Program-made: the position numbers and the translations under genes
In this document: positions 51,567 to 64,000 of the stretch, piece by piece
Layout: every line of letters begins with the position of its first letter
How positions within the stretch are numbered: position 1 is the first letter of the stretch
Notes under the pieces: model-generated
What the model was told of the DNA's origin: nothing
Databases searched by the model: none
Seen by the model: the letters and a program-made list of their open reading frames with translations, nothing else
Origin: Trichoplax sp. H2
Lineage: Eukaryota
DNA: 64,000 bases
Direction of reading: 5' to 3'
Assembly (NCBI GenBank): GCA_003344405.1
Contig: NOWV01000246.1
Location: forward strand, 1-64,000

Positions 51567-52973
51567 TTAAACTTTCTGACTATTTATATTTTTTGCTTTA
51601 TTGTTCGTCTTTCGAGAAGATCCTGCAGTTTTTGTAGTTGTGGACTCTGTTGCCTTGGATCCTCCAATAGTCTTAGTTTTCTTAGATTTCGTAACTGTCT
51701 TTGGTTTTTTGTCACCGTTGGAAATGCTATCGCCATTTTGAGTAGTTTGCTTCTCTACTTTGGTGTTGCTAAGACCAGTGTCAATTCTACTTGTCGCTTT
51801 TGCCTTTTTTTTACTTTTGCCTTCCCCTTTTTTTCCATTTACAGTATTAGAAGAGGTATTTGATGTTAAGTTGTTAGTAGAGTTGGGTTTTACAGATGGC
51901 TTTAAATATGGTCTGCTTTTATCTCTTCCTTTCGCTGCTTTAATAACGTTTTGCATGGTAATAACTTTTTGTGCTGCTTCACTAAAAGCATCATCACAGC
52001 TAACTTTTTGTCCTCGATGGTTTTTCTAAATGGACAGCAAGATAGAGAATGATAATTTTTATAATAATTTGTTGCAACTTGACGTCTTCATATTAGTATC
52101 ACTCGTTTGAAACTGTTTGTAGGTCAATGAGTACCTTACCTGATTACATCGACGACACAGATTGGGTGCATACATTTTTCCCGGAAAATCACCACATAAG
52201 CAGTTGATACAAAACCGAACTCCACAAAACTTACATCGATAAGTCTATAGTTAACAAATGATAGAAATGCTTCATTAGCATGCATATGTTTATTAATCTA
52301 AGTAGTCAATATCATGGCTTTTACTAGGATACATCCGCATATCAATGAACAGTAATCGATTAAGAGGCTCTTATTTTATCATTGATGGTTCACATTTCTG
52401 AATGCTCCTTTACCTGCATTGGTCACGGTACTTGTACTTATGTATACTGATACTATTACCGTAAATTTAGAACATAGCTTGCGAAAATTATATTCTAATT
52501 CCATTAAAGTATCATGAGTTGGAATCTGCTGACAGACTAAATTGTTAAGATATGGCTGCATACTGAGTATAGTATCAATTAATATTATCAAAATTCTCAT
52601 TTGCACGGTATGGCGTACAAATTAGCCTAGTTATTGTATAATTAGATACATACTATAATTGCGATACATTTACTACGGTATAAAATACTCAGAGTATCTG
52701 TCTCAGTGTAACTATCGTACAAAATTTAAAACATCATATTTCTAATTACTGAGCAAAAATATAGCATAAAATTGTCCATTTAGTTCATATTATAATTTCA
52801 CTCTTTAACGACGTACTTTCTGTCTATTAAGCTGACTACGATAGCAAAATATATGTGTAAATATATATTAAAGAGACGTAAGCTGATAATGGCGCCACCC
52901 TTTACAGATGGTTTTTACATTTTTGCACGCTTTACTTTACCGTGTCTGTTTTCAGACAGCCCCACCGACACAT
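51567..52973 (-). CDS. Uncharacterised 198-aa protein with an N-terminal Cys-rich putative zinc finger and a Lys/Thr/Ser-rich basic tail; exons 52973-52941, 52244-52140, 52025-51567
   Basis: Phase-0 GT-AG splicing gives MCRWGCLKTDT|TYRCKFCGVRFCINCLCGDFPGKMYAPNLCRRCNQ|KNHRGQK... continuing into the 129-aa ORF of the track. Confidence 0.7.
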
Positions 52974-55900
52974 AATGAAATCAGTTTGGCCTACCACAGT
53001 TCTTAGAGAAAGTACTTGCTAATGTTTTTATTTTCCTAAAGTTTAAGAGAAATGATTTATCACAACAGGCTCTCTATGGTCAAAAGTTTACTTCTATTAT
53101 TCTCCTATCTTCGATAAACGACGGAGAAAAAATTGACATTGCTACCATTGCATCATTATGCTCTATGTAATTGCTCCTCATTAAAAACTGTTTCTAGTCG
53201 AAAACTAATATCTCTCTTTCTATGATATATTACACCGTAACTAGTTTGTCTATTTTCGCTTTACAAAACATACCTTAAATCGTGCCCTGCTTAAAAGTGC
53301 CTCTTTTTTTCTCAGCACAGAATAGCCAGGCTATTTCATTGCGGAAATTAACAGTGATATTGTTAAAAGCGCTTTATATTATCCAATCAAATCTAATAGC
53401 AGTGCTAATTAGCATTGAAAGCAGTTCAACACTTGTTACAACTGTATGACTGTTTATGGTTAGTCTTCTTATTGTAGCTCTAATTTGTATAGGCTTTACT
53501 GCTAGCCACAGTTAAAGAATTGCCGTAATTAATTATAATTATAATAAGAATATTTATTACAATTACAATAGTCAAGCATTGAATTAGTCTAGTTGCCAAG
53601 ACGACATAAGCAAATTTTTCGTATCTAAAAATGAGTCATTTTGTTAAGAAGGCAGGACCGTATCTAATCGATTCATCCATCAGTTGTAATTTGCGTTTTA
53701 GATGATGATATAATTATCAGGGTGATATATTCAAATTATTGACAAACCGGGAGACAAGATGTGTACAGCCTTTAACGGAGAAAATTTCGACGTAGTACGG
53801 GTGTAGCAAAATGACATAAATGCTTATCAGTACCGATGAGCGAAATCGATTATATACAATTATAATGCTGTTAGGGTATGTTGCATTCGTATATGCTTCC
53901 GATATTAAGCAGCAGTTATATTATAATTAACCTAATGGAGATGTAATACTAGATTTTCTTCGCTAGCTCTTTAAGTATACAAATTAATATCAGCAACTAT
54001 TGGTAGTCCTTGTTAAAAGTATAAAGATTAACTCTATCCAATCTGTATTGTAATTAAATTATAATTGCCGCTCAATAGCGTGATTATATAGGATAATTTA
54101 ATCATAGTAATTAGTATTATGAATATACTTGTACCTATCAATTAAAACTACGAACCATTCATGAAGTTAAATCTCGTAAATAACTCTTATGATTCAACAC
54201 TATATTATATTGACTTGGTAATTAATCTTGCTTAATATTGGCACAGCACCAAGGCTACAAAAATCGAGGGTAAGCTTCGGTTTAAATTGTTTGAATGGTA
54301 AGTGGATGGTGAGAAGTTTGGTCTATACCAATCGACTACGTGAATTACTTAGAAACTAATATCAAAAGTTTGATTAAAAGTAATGCAAGCTTATTTGCGT
54401 CTCATCAATAATGACAGTTTTACGTACAATTATCATCTAAGCTTAAATGAAGTTTCCTTAAATCGTCTCACAGTTTCGTTTGAATAAGAATTCGATAGTG
54501 CATGAAATAATTCAGTAGTCTGTCTGGGGCTGTGTGCGAGTATATATGAGCTATTGTACACTATCATTCGATGGTTTTTGCTTACGTCTACTTTAAGCAT
54601 GACCATAATCGAATATGACTATAAGTATGTACATAGCACAACTAGCATGTAAACTTAAATAAAAATATCTTATTATTGACTCAAATAAGAAATTTAATGG
54701 AATACGAATAATACTATAAGCTCTTTCGGACTGTATACAGGGCACTGCATACAACCTACACCGTATTATGATGTAATAAATAAATCTATATGTCTTCATC
54801 AAATCCCATAATATGAGACTGTTCTGTCAAGTTTCTTATATGTAGTCCTAGATCACTTGCTGAGATACCGATAGGGTATTTTGAGTCACAAATATACCTT
54901 TTTGGCATATACCTTATATCACTAACTCTGCGTAGATGATACATTTCTCACGAAGTGTTACTTGATGAGACAGTTCAGTTGTTGAAGGATATTTACGAGA
55001 TCCTTGCCCAATGCCATAATAAAGAAGTGCTATGCAATTCCCTATATACGGTACAGTTCTAGACAGATTAGTGGATTACGTATTCCATTTTTGAAAATAT
55101 ATCGTTTTTTACCAAAGTATTTCATTTGATATGAAACCTTAACTTTAGCAAAGTAACACACTTCTCATGTAATATTATTAGAGTAGATTCTTAAAATTAT
55201 TCAAAAGTCGACCTTCGACAACATAACTAACTAATGTAATAACGTTACGTTGGGTATGTACTGTATAGCATTATCTTACCTGAGCTAACAATATATAGCA
55301 TATTGTATACGTCGATAAAGAACATTTGCGATCGCAAATCGCAAAATAACAATTTGTTAATCTGTCAATCTTGCTTGTGATGGATATGCATAGAGGGAAC
55401 TGTATCACATACACTCTGATATCATGCAATGGCCAAAGATATACGTTTTATAATGATATAATTGTCTAATCTGATAATACTGAATGAGAGGTGTCCTATC
55501 TTGCTAATATTCATAATATATTGCCATTTGTCGGTAATGTCTAATTATTACCGTAAAATAATTTAGTACCTAATTTACGGTTGTACGGAGGGAACTACTA
55601 CATTTCACCCATACTCATATCTGGGTATTTGGCGAAGATATTTAGTATATTCTTTCGCAATATAACATCTAGCTCAATATAAGTACGTAAATGAAGGTTC
55701 ATTATTTTACCGATAAAGTTAACAGTATACTAGATACGGCGGTAATGTATATTTAATACCCTATACGTATGGGCATGTCCAACGTGATATGAATCCGTGA
55801 ATGCGCTAAAAAACAACCTAATAAACCAATGAACATATAGTCAATTTGTGAGATAGTATGATGCTTTTACAAGAATTGATTGTTTTGTACTCTCTACTAG

Positions 55901-56738
55901 CTTTTGATAGCCGCTTATTTAAACTATTGTCATTCAAATGACTATTTATGATATTATACTGTCTTTCGACATGATGATGATGCTGTCAATTTTGGATTAC
56001 TATTGGTTATATCTGTGCATGTGATATATTAGCATAATGGTTCTATATGTTGGTTTCTATGGATCACTAAGTCAACTTGTTGCTGTCTAAAATTACAGCA
56101 ACTTTAAGAGTTTGATTTCAATTGCTATCCAACTACAGCGTAATAAAATTTCTTACGGAACTTTATCAATGTATAAGAAAATTGTAAGACTTTAAGGTAG
56201 GATAGAATTGCACCGATTACTCTCTTGGTTAAGGAAATCTTTTCATCGCGCATTAATTTCCTATCGCAGAGGATTACTACGTTGATATTGAATCGGCCTC
56301 GTTAATTAAATTTAATTTATTACCTAGTTACGGTACAACTGCTACAGTATCTGAATCATTATAACATTATAACCTTATAATACTAAAACAAAAATTAGGA
56401 ACTAGTTAAAGTTAGTACACTTTCCTTCTAGAGGAAGTGATCGTATTATAGAAAGAATTGAACGATCATAGAACAAGATTATTTTATGATAAATGAATGC
56501 AGTTGCTTTCCAAATACAAGAAAACTATTTAGCGTAGTATATGGTGAAGAATGTATACAGATTGTAGCTATTCAACATTCACTGACAGATACTCTATAGA
56601 TGTGTAATGGTAGTATATCTAAATGATTTTCTTCTCGATGGCGCTCTTAAATGAGCATATAATTTCCTACTATCTATTGAATAATTAAATCTGACAGACG
56701 GAATATCGCTTGCTTCCTGTTTTTTAGATTAATAGCCT

Positions 56739-59700
56739 ATGTCTTCATTACGGCTGTCACCACTTAAGAGCCCTGCCCAATATGAGGGGTTATCGGCCGA
56801 GCTTGTATTTAGCAGTACGTATGAAACAAAATCTGATCAGTTTAATTTGAGTTTTTTACCGATAATAATGTCTTCACCTTCGGCTTAAAAATCAGAAAAG
56901 CCTCTCCCACTCGGGCTAGAAAACGAAAAAATTAAAGATCCAGCTATTACGGCGTCATCTTATAGAGTCACAAATCCACCTTACATGGCTCGATTACATA
57001 ATCCAGATGGGGGTTGGATCCCAAGAAATAATGATTTAGATCAGTTCTTACAGATTGATTTAGGTCGTCTTCGAGCAATTACAATGATTGCAACTCAAGG
57101 ACAAATTTGTAAAGGTGTTAGCCAATGGGTTTCTTCGTACTGTATTTGGTATAAAGAGAAATCATCAGAAGCTAGATGGACACCGTACAAGGAGGGGAAA
57201 AAATCAACCAAGGTATGCTCATAAAAGATTATTAATATGAACTGATCATTATTGTAACATGCACCTAAGGGCTTTATTACAATTTTAACAGGTTTTTAAA
57301 GGTAATAGTGACTACAATTCCGTAGTCACGCATTTAATTCTACCCCCATTTAACGCCAGAATTATCCAATTTCGGCCATTGAGTTGGTGCTCACGCGGAA
57401 TAGGAATGAGAGTAGAAATTTATGGACTAGATAGTTCATTAACCGGTGATTCAAAATATCGTTGACTATGCATCAGTGATTGCATTACAGATGGATTGCA
57501 AGCCATGTTATTGATTTTAATCGAGCTTTTAACTGCAATTCGATCAATTTCCAACTGATATCGTTTATTCATGTATAATTATAATAGCAAGCTATTCTGT
57601 TAGCACTAAAGAAGAAGAATTAAAATGGGATACCGATCTCCATGCGGTACAACAGACAGGTTACTTCGATTGGACTTATCACCGTGTCATGCAGGCAAGT
57701 TTATGCATTAATTAATCTTATTGATTTCATAATACGTCCTACAGTAAAATCTCCTTCCTGAGTACCAATAATGATGATTCAATTACTCTCTTGTACTGTA
57801 ACAGGGAATCGAAAAAAAAAGCCCATACCTAAAAGTAAATCATAATTCATCAGATCCACCGAAAAGACTAGCAACTACGGAAAGGAGACGGTAATGGCTA
57901 CTAGAACGTATTCCACTGATTTCTATTTTGCAATGATCGAAGCAACTTATTAAATAGAAGATAAATTTTTCTCCTATTTCATTAGATTATCGAATAATTT
58001 AAAATATAAGCTGAACCATAACATTCCTACTCGTTCACTTCAAGATAGGGGGTATTTACAATACAGCGCAATTTTAATTTATCTAAGTCAAACGTCGTCT
58101 CTAAAATTCATATACTGCTCAGGACACAGTCCACGAGTCTGTTTACTGATGTTAATTGGAAGGAAATTGTTTTTAGGAAAGCACCTTTGGAATCCAATAA
58201 ACATCAACATCAACAAGCGGATATTGTTCTAGAAGTACAAAAGGTATGTTCAAATTGTTTACTTTCTTGAATTAATTCGAACATCTTCTCAGTTTAGATT
58301 GTTCAATGCTTTAGTGTTCTTAAAGGTGCATAATATTTTATTGAACAATTTGAGCTTTGATTTTCAACTTTGAAGTCTTTTATTTATTCACATATTCTTC
58401 TTAGAAAGCTCAATTTTTCTAACAACTGTTGCCTTAAGGAAGTTTCTTTAAATCGAGTTAATCGTTGAATATTATTTTAAAATATAACAGCCAACTATTA
58501 ACATTACCTATACTATTTACCGAGTTATACCATTAAACTCCATCTACCGTGATATTAGAGATGATTCGATATTATAATAAACCGTCATATAAAATATGCG
58601 TAGATAAATAAGATACTATCTGATCTTATATTATAAAAATTAATTTTCCTGAAGTACTGTATATGTGTAAATACAAATAATGCCATGGAGTAAGGATGAT
58701 TTGATAGATTACAAGACATCGATGATTCATGGTACAGGTCATCATTAATTACATCTTTGGTCATCACTTACAGCTTATCTATAATCTAAACCATATAGGA
58801 TCATGTAAAAACTGTAAATGATCAAGCAAATAAGAATGTCTTCGATCCAAAGATGTATTTTACCGATGGAGACACTTATTATTCCTACACAAGTAAGTTA
58901 TAAATTTCTAGAATGGGATTTACCACTTGCATTAAATTCATTTTTAATGTGCTTCTGCACTATTTTTGCTATACTGAATCTAGTTAGTCAGCCTGAAAGA
59001 GACATATACAGTGGTAGCTTGGATGTAGATCACGAGAGGACAAACCATTGCGTAAAAATCGTTATAATTTCCAACGCATCAGGTAAAATTAATTATTTCG
59101 TCTATAAGAGCGCTCCTGCGATAGTATGGAAAGATAGCAATGCCTAAGTTAATAGTAAATTTTTTACTATTAGATACGATAGAAGAAAGAAAAGCAATAA
59201 GAGTTGATTTATTCCAAAAGCTAATGTATTGCTGCCGTGAAAAGGGATTGCAACTGCAAATTATAGATTATAATTGGGAAATGCCAGAGATACAAAACTA
59301 TGATCCTGAAATAGTTTCCATCATCCTTAACGACATTAAAAAATGCAGTCAATCTAATTCTTCCAGTAACTTCATGGTAAATTTTAATAAAGCATAAAAT
59401 ATACACGCGATTGTGCTGACCGTGCTAACTAGATTGAGTTGGAATCCAAGTTATACAGTAGATTCTACTCTTAAAAATTATTATTATTATGTGTAACTGC
59501 TTATCGCTATCGTTAAAGAAGGAAATGAATTGATGTAATGTATTTTTTGTTTCAGATTATTGTAGGCCAAAAGTATGGTAAACGTTTGATTCCTGATAAA
59601 ATTAAATACGAAGAGTTTAAGTATTTAGAGGAATCACTAGATAATCAACAGAAAGAATTTCTTAACCGCTGGTACATATATGACGGGTCAGATAAAAATA

Positions 59701-62700
59701 AGCACTATTACCTACAATTACACCTAAATGAACATTCCTACCAAGAAGGCACAGAAAAACCGCCAATGGAGATTCTACAGTCTCTACATAGCATCATCTA
59801 TGCTGCCGCTATAAAAGCTATAAGAAGCAATAATAACTATCATAAATTCATAACTTCCGGTAAGTAATTATTTAGATCAATGCAGTGCGATAACTTTCTA
59901 TCCAATATATCCATTACGTCATTAGCATGAATTTATACCTGTACTAATTAGAATTATTACCATTTAGTCTTAGAGGCGGAAATTTTTGAAAGTATGGCAA
60001 ATTTAGAAGATCCAAACAAATGTTGTATATGTTTAAACCGGGATTTTACTAATTTAAAAGTAAACGGTGGCTACACTAAAATACTCAATAACTATATTGA
60101 TATGAGCGACGATAAAAGTGCTGTGGATAAAAAGGCTAATAAAATGTTAACTTCAATGAAAGAAAATTTGTTGCCAGAATTTCTGTCAGAGAAAAATATT
60201 ATTCACTACCAATTGGAATGGGACGAAGATGGCGTTAACCCAGATTTCAACGGACAGCACAAGGATTACATGACATCATTCATTGAGCATGTCGAAAAGT
60301 TCGGTACAGGAGTTATCGAAAATATTAAAAATACCTTTGACGAATTAGAAAATTACGACTTACTATCGGAAGATATTAAACATCATGCACGAATTCTTAA
60401 ATATTATTGCCAATATTTTCGTGGAAGAAGGAAAGCTATTCAAGCCATTGAGGATTACTTGAGAAGGTATAGTCGAAGCCCACTTGTTATCCATGGACCA
60501 GCCGGCAGTGGTAAATCTGCAGTCATGGCTGTAGCGGCAAATATAACTAAAAAAGTTATATTTGCTAATACTATGGTCATTGTGCGCTTTATTGGAAGAT
60601 CACCAGAATCATCGAGTGTTCGACTGCTTATTAATAGTATTTGCCAGCAGATATGTAAGGTATATGGGCGTCGCATAATTGATGTTGAGAGGGTAAGTTT
60701 TCTTGTTAAACTAAAATTTTAGTACATCATTCATCGCCTTGATTTGAAATTTGTGAACTCTTACTGTTGAACAATATTCATTTATGACAATGCAATAGAG
60801 AACCCATAGTACCGCTACAATGCATATATTGGGGAGGCCTGTTAGAAAGAAACTAGTCTTCACTCGAAAATGTTTAATGACTATCGTGCGGAGGAATCTC
60901 TGGATACCCTCTTAATTTATCCTACTTTTAAATTAATAAAATAATTTAACAATGGACCCTAAATCGTCTTACATTACAGATAGCAAGTTAATTATAACTA
61001 GCCAGGACCCGTGGACAATCCAAGATCATGATTTTCACGTTCTACAAATTTCATTCTTCACGTGTGTACTCGTACCTACTGTCTTCGCGTGATCTTAATG
61101 GCGTGCGTGCTAAGTTGTGCGTGAAGATTCCAAGCGCATAATGCTAGTTTACTGATAATATACGCTTACAGTATTATCAAATTCGGGCTTGATATTCTCG
61201 TAATGAGACAAGAATAGTGCATAGCAGTAGGCAGTTTCATACTAAAGAAATAAATTGTGTATGAACATTTCGACACTTATTCATGTACTATTTCACAGAT
61301 TCTTATCGTTTTATCCCTTCCGTAGAAGCGATGCCATGTACAATAGCATTGTTATTGTACATGGTATACGAATATTATCCAACATTGGACTTAGTATGTT
61401 CATAACAAGATAAGAATCAGCCATTTCAGTACATTATCTTTTACTAATGGAAGTAAATTGTGCCTAATATATCTTGGCCATTTGCTCATAAGTATGACCT
61501 TTGCACACTTTTATGCCGTTATTAAAAGTGATGTTATACGAATGCAAATAGTGCATTTTGATTCCTGGACTTCATTAGCTCGTCATAATATAAGAGTCAA
61601 TATGTTATCAGTGTTTTGTCTTATATTAAGATAAAATTATATACAGAATATCTTGATTACTTGTTCATACACTGTTCTACAGCTCCTGCAGTTTTATCCC
61701 TTCATTAAAAATGATAATATGCACAAATAATAACCTTTGTCGCAGCGTGCTAATACGAATTTTTTTTCTTCGGGATTGCTAGAACAACAAGTCCCTTAAA
61801 AGTAAACTACACGAGTGCCTGGCTATGCCGAGCTATTCGCAGCCATTAACCCTTTATCTTGATGGTTTGGATCAATTATCGAACGATTATGGAGAGCCAG
61901 ATTTTGATTGGATACCTCGAAATTTACCGGATCATGTCAGTATTATTGTATCAGCTACTAGCGAACCTAGGACTAGAGCGTTTGCAAAATTAAAGGTATA
62001 CTTACGCATTTCCGATAGCTACATTTTAATAATAGCATAAATTATAGATTTTTCTGCTTTTCTAAATCTAAAAGATATTCAATCGGTAATCTATAAATTC
62101 TTGCTTTCGATGCTTGAAATACATATAACACTACTGTAGTATTATCGTAGATACGTAGTGAAACTTTCTTTGTAGTATAGCACCGTATCTTAATGGTAGC
62201 ATAGCTTTTAGATTCATTTTGCTTTCTAAAACTTAAAGTCACTCTATAGTTACAACCAGTCAGCACGCGATAAATACTTGATTTTAGCGTAGGAATAAAC
62301 ATAACACTTCAGTATCATTATTGTAGTTGCGTGCCGGAGTATCAGACTATATGCTTAATATTTTAATAGCAATATAACTTGCAAATTCTTCTACTTTCCT
62401 AAATCTTAAAGACATCTAATTCTTAGAATCAATCAATAGTCAGTAAATCCTTAGTTAGCAAGATTTCTGCAAATTTTGTACTAAAGGTCGATACGATACT
62501 GATGAACCGAGACAATAGGTAGCGGGATTGAGTATAGATAACGCTAGCAGACCGCTCTATCCAAATCGAAATTGTTATCTTATAGTTTAAATAATACAGC
62601 CATAGTATAAGCTTGAAAGTTAAATCTATGCTAATATTTGAAGTAAGTCGAATTAATGAGTGATCAGAGAATTTATTTCTAGATATCTATCGTGCTGCAA

Positions 62701-64000
62701 TAGGATTTAGTTTAGAATGCTTGCTGTCAAAGAAATCATAAAGGCTAAATGTTTTCTACTCTTCATTAACAACTTCCTTTGATATGCTTACCTGTATTAG
62801 GGTATTGTGAAAGAAGAAGGAAACTTTTTTGATATCCAAAAATTGAGCTCGAATGACATCAATTACATCGTCAACCAATTTATGAACGCGAATCAAAAGT
62901 CTTTGACTTCAGAAATGCGGCAATTGCTAATCAGTAAATGTCAAGCTTGCCCATGGCCGGCTTACGTTAATACAGTTATGTTATTAAGTCTTACCTGGAA
63001 GTCATTTACTGATTTGAGTAACTGTAACATTCCTACCGCTATGAACGAATTGATTGCGATTATTATTGAAAACTTAGAGAAAAAGTATGGTAAAATTTTG
63101 ATGCAACGTTTATTAATTTATATTACTTTATCAAGAAAAGGTTTAACAGAAGCTGAATTGGAAGATATTTTATCCTGCGACGATGAAGTTTTGCGAGCAG
63201 TTTATCCAAATCGTGAACCAACAATTCATCGTATACCAACCTTGCTATGGATCAGAGTTCGAAATGAATTATCACCCTTTCTTGATGAAGCCTTCGCAGA
63301 CGGATTTTCCGTTTTGCGTTGGAAGTTTCGAAATTTTTCTGAAGTAATACGTAAAAGATACCTATCCAATGCAGACGATAAAATAGAACTGCATTCCGTA
63401 TTGGCAGATTACTTTTCCGATAAGTGGAAAGACGGTAAACCATTTGAACGCTTAGATAGAATCACTGTTTTAGCAAATCGCCTTATTATGACCCAACCAG
63501 CTATTTTATCGTTGAGAAATAATGATGTGTTTCAGCCAACATTTAACTTACGTAAATTAAGTGAATTACCATATCATTTATTATACGCTCAAAGATTTGA
63601 GCAATTGAAAGAGCTAATGTGCAACTTTTTATGGCTACTTAGCAAGTTAGCAGCGACATCTATACATCATGTGCTTAATGATTTTGATATGGCCATTAGC
63701 AGTATACCAGGTAGTCAGCAGGATTTAAAATTAGTAAGGGAAACGTTAATTATGTCATTAGTTGCTCTTAATGATGATCCTGCACAACTAGCATCCCAGC
63801 TAATTGGCCGATTAGCCACTAAATTCTCTAGTGAAGGTAATTCTTACGCCAATTACCGTTATGTTAATATGCTATTACAACAAGCAGCTGATCCTGCAGT
63901 TCCAAGTTTGATTCCTCCTATCCATTGCGCTTCGTTGACACCACCTGGTGGTTCGCTTAGTCAATTACTCTCTGGTCACACTGGATCTATCCTTGCATTA
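56739..64000 (+). CDS. NWD1/NWD2-type NACHT-WD40 STAND protein with an N-terminal F5/8 type C (discoidin) domain; 3' truncated by the window edge
   Basis: Discoidin: PLGLENEKIKDPAITASS...ARL...W...QFLQIDLG...IATQG...VFKGNSD...MRVEIYG. NWD N-terminal region: DTIEERKAIR...GLQLQIIDYNW and VGQKYG. Walker A GPAGSGKS; Walker B LYLDGLDQL; GLTEAELEDILSCDDEVL; RKLSELPYHL; QLASQLIGRL. First WD40 repeat (LSGHTGSILAL) begins at the window end. Confidence 0.88.

Overview
Start of an AT-rich eukaryotic scaffold. A (CCCTAA)n telomere at 1-109 is followed by intron-containing animal genes; the TTAGGG telomere, compact introns and gene content suggest an early-branching metazoan, with a placozoan such as Trichoplax as my best guess (inference only). 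Genes reconstructed by hand from splice sites, in order: cytochrome b5 (+), delta-9 acyl-CoA desaturase (+), then a gene-poor region rich in hairpins and transposon relics and an N gap, triosephosphate isomerase (+, 7 exons), intronless epsin (-), long ABCC/MRP1-like transporter (+, about 30 exons), GNPTG (-), an L1-type 6Ig+5FN3 adhesion receptor (+), a small Cys-rich orphan protein (-), and a discoidin-domain/NWD-type NACHT-WD40 protein (+) that runs off the window end. Main observations: (1) palindromic TACAG/CTGTA pentamer arrays sit specifically upstream of TPI, epsin, ABCC and GNPTG; (2) a second copy of the GNPTG first exon and promoter lies directly after the N gap and joins the TPI promoter inside such an array, as expected for a collapsed ~19.5-kb tandem duplication; (3) an in-frame discoidin-NWD fusion; (4) a very small Helitron-like element present in two copies.
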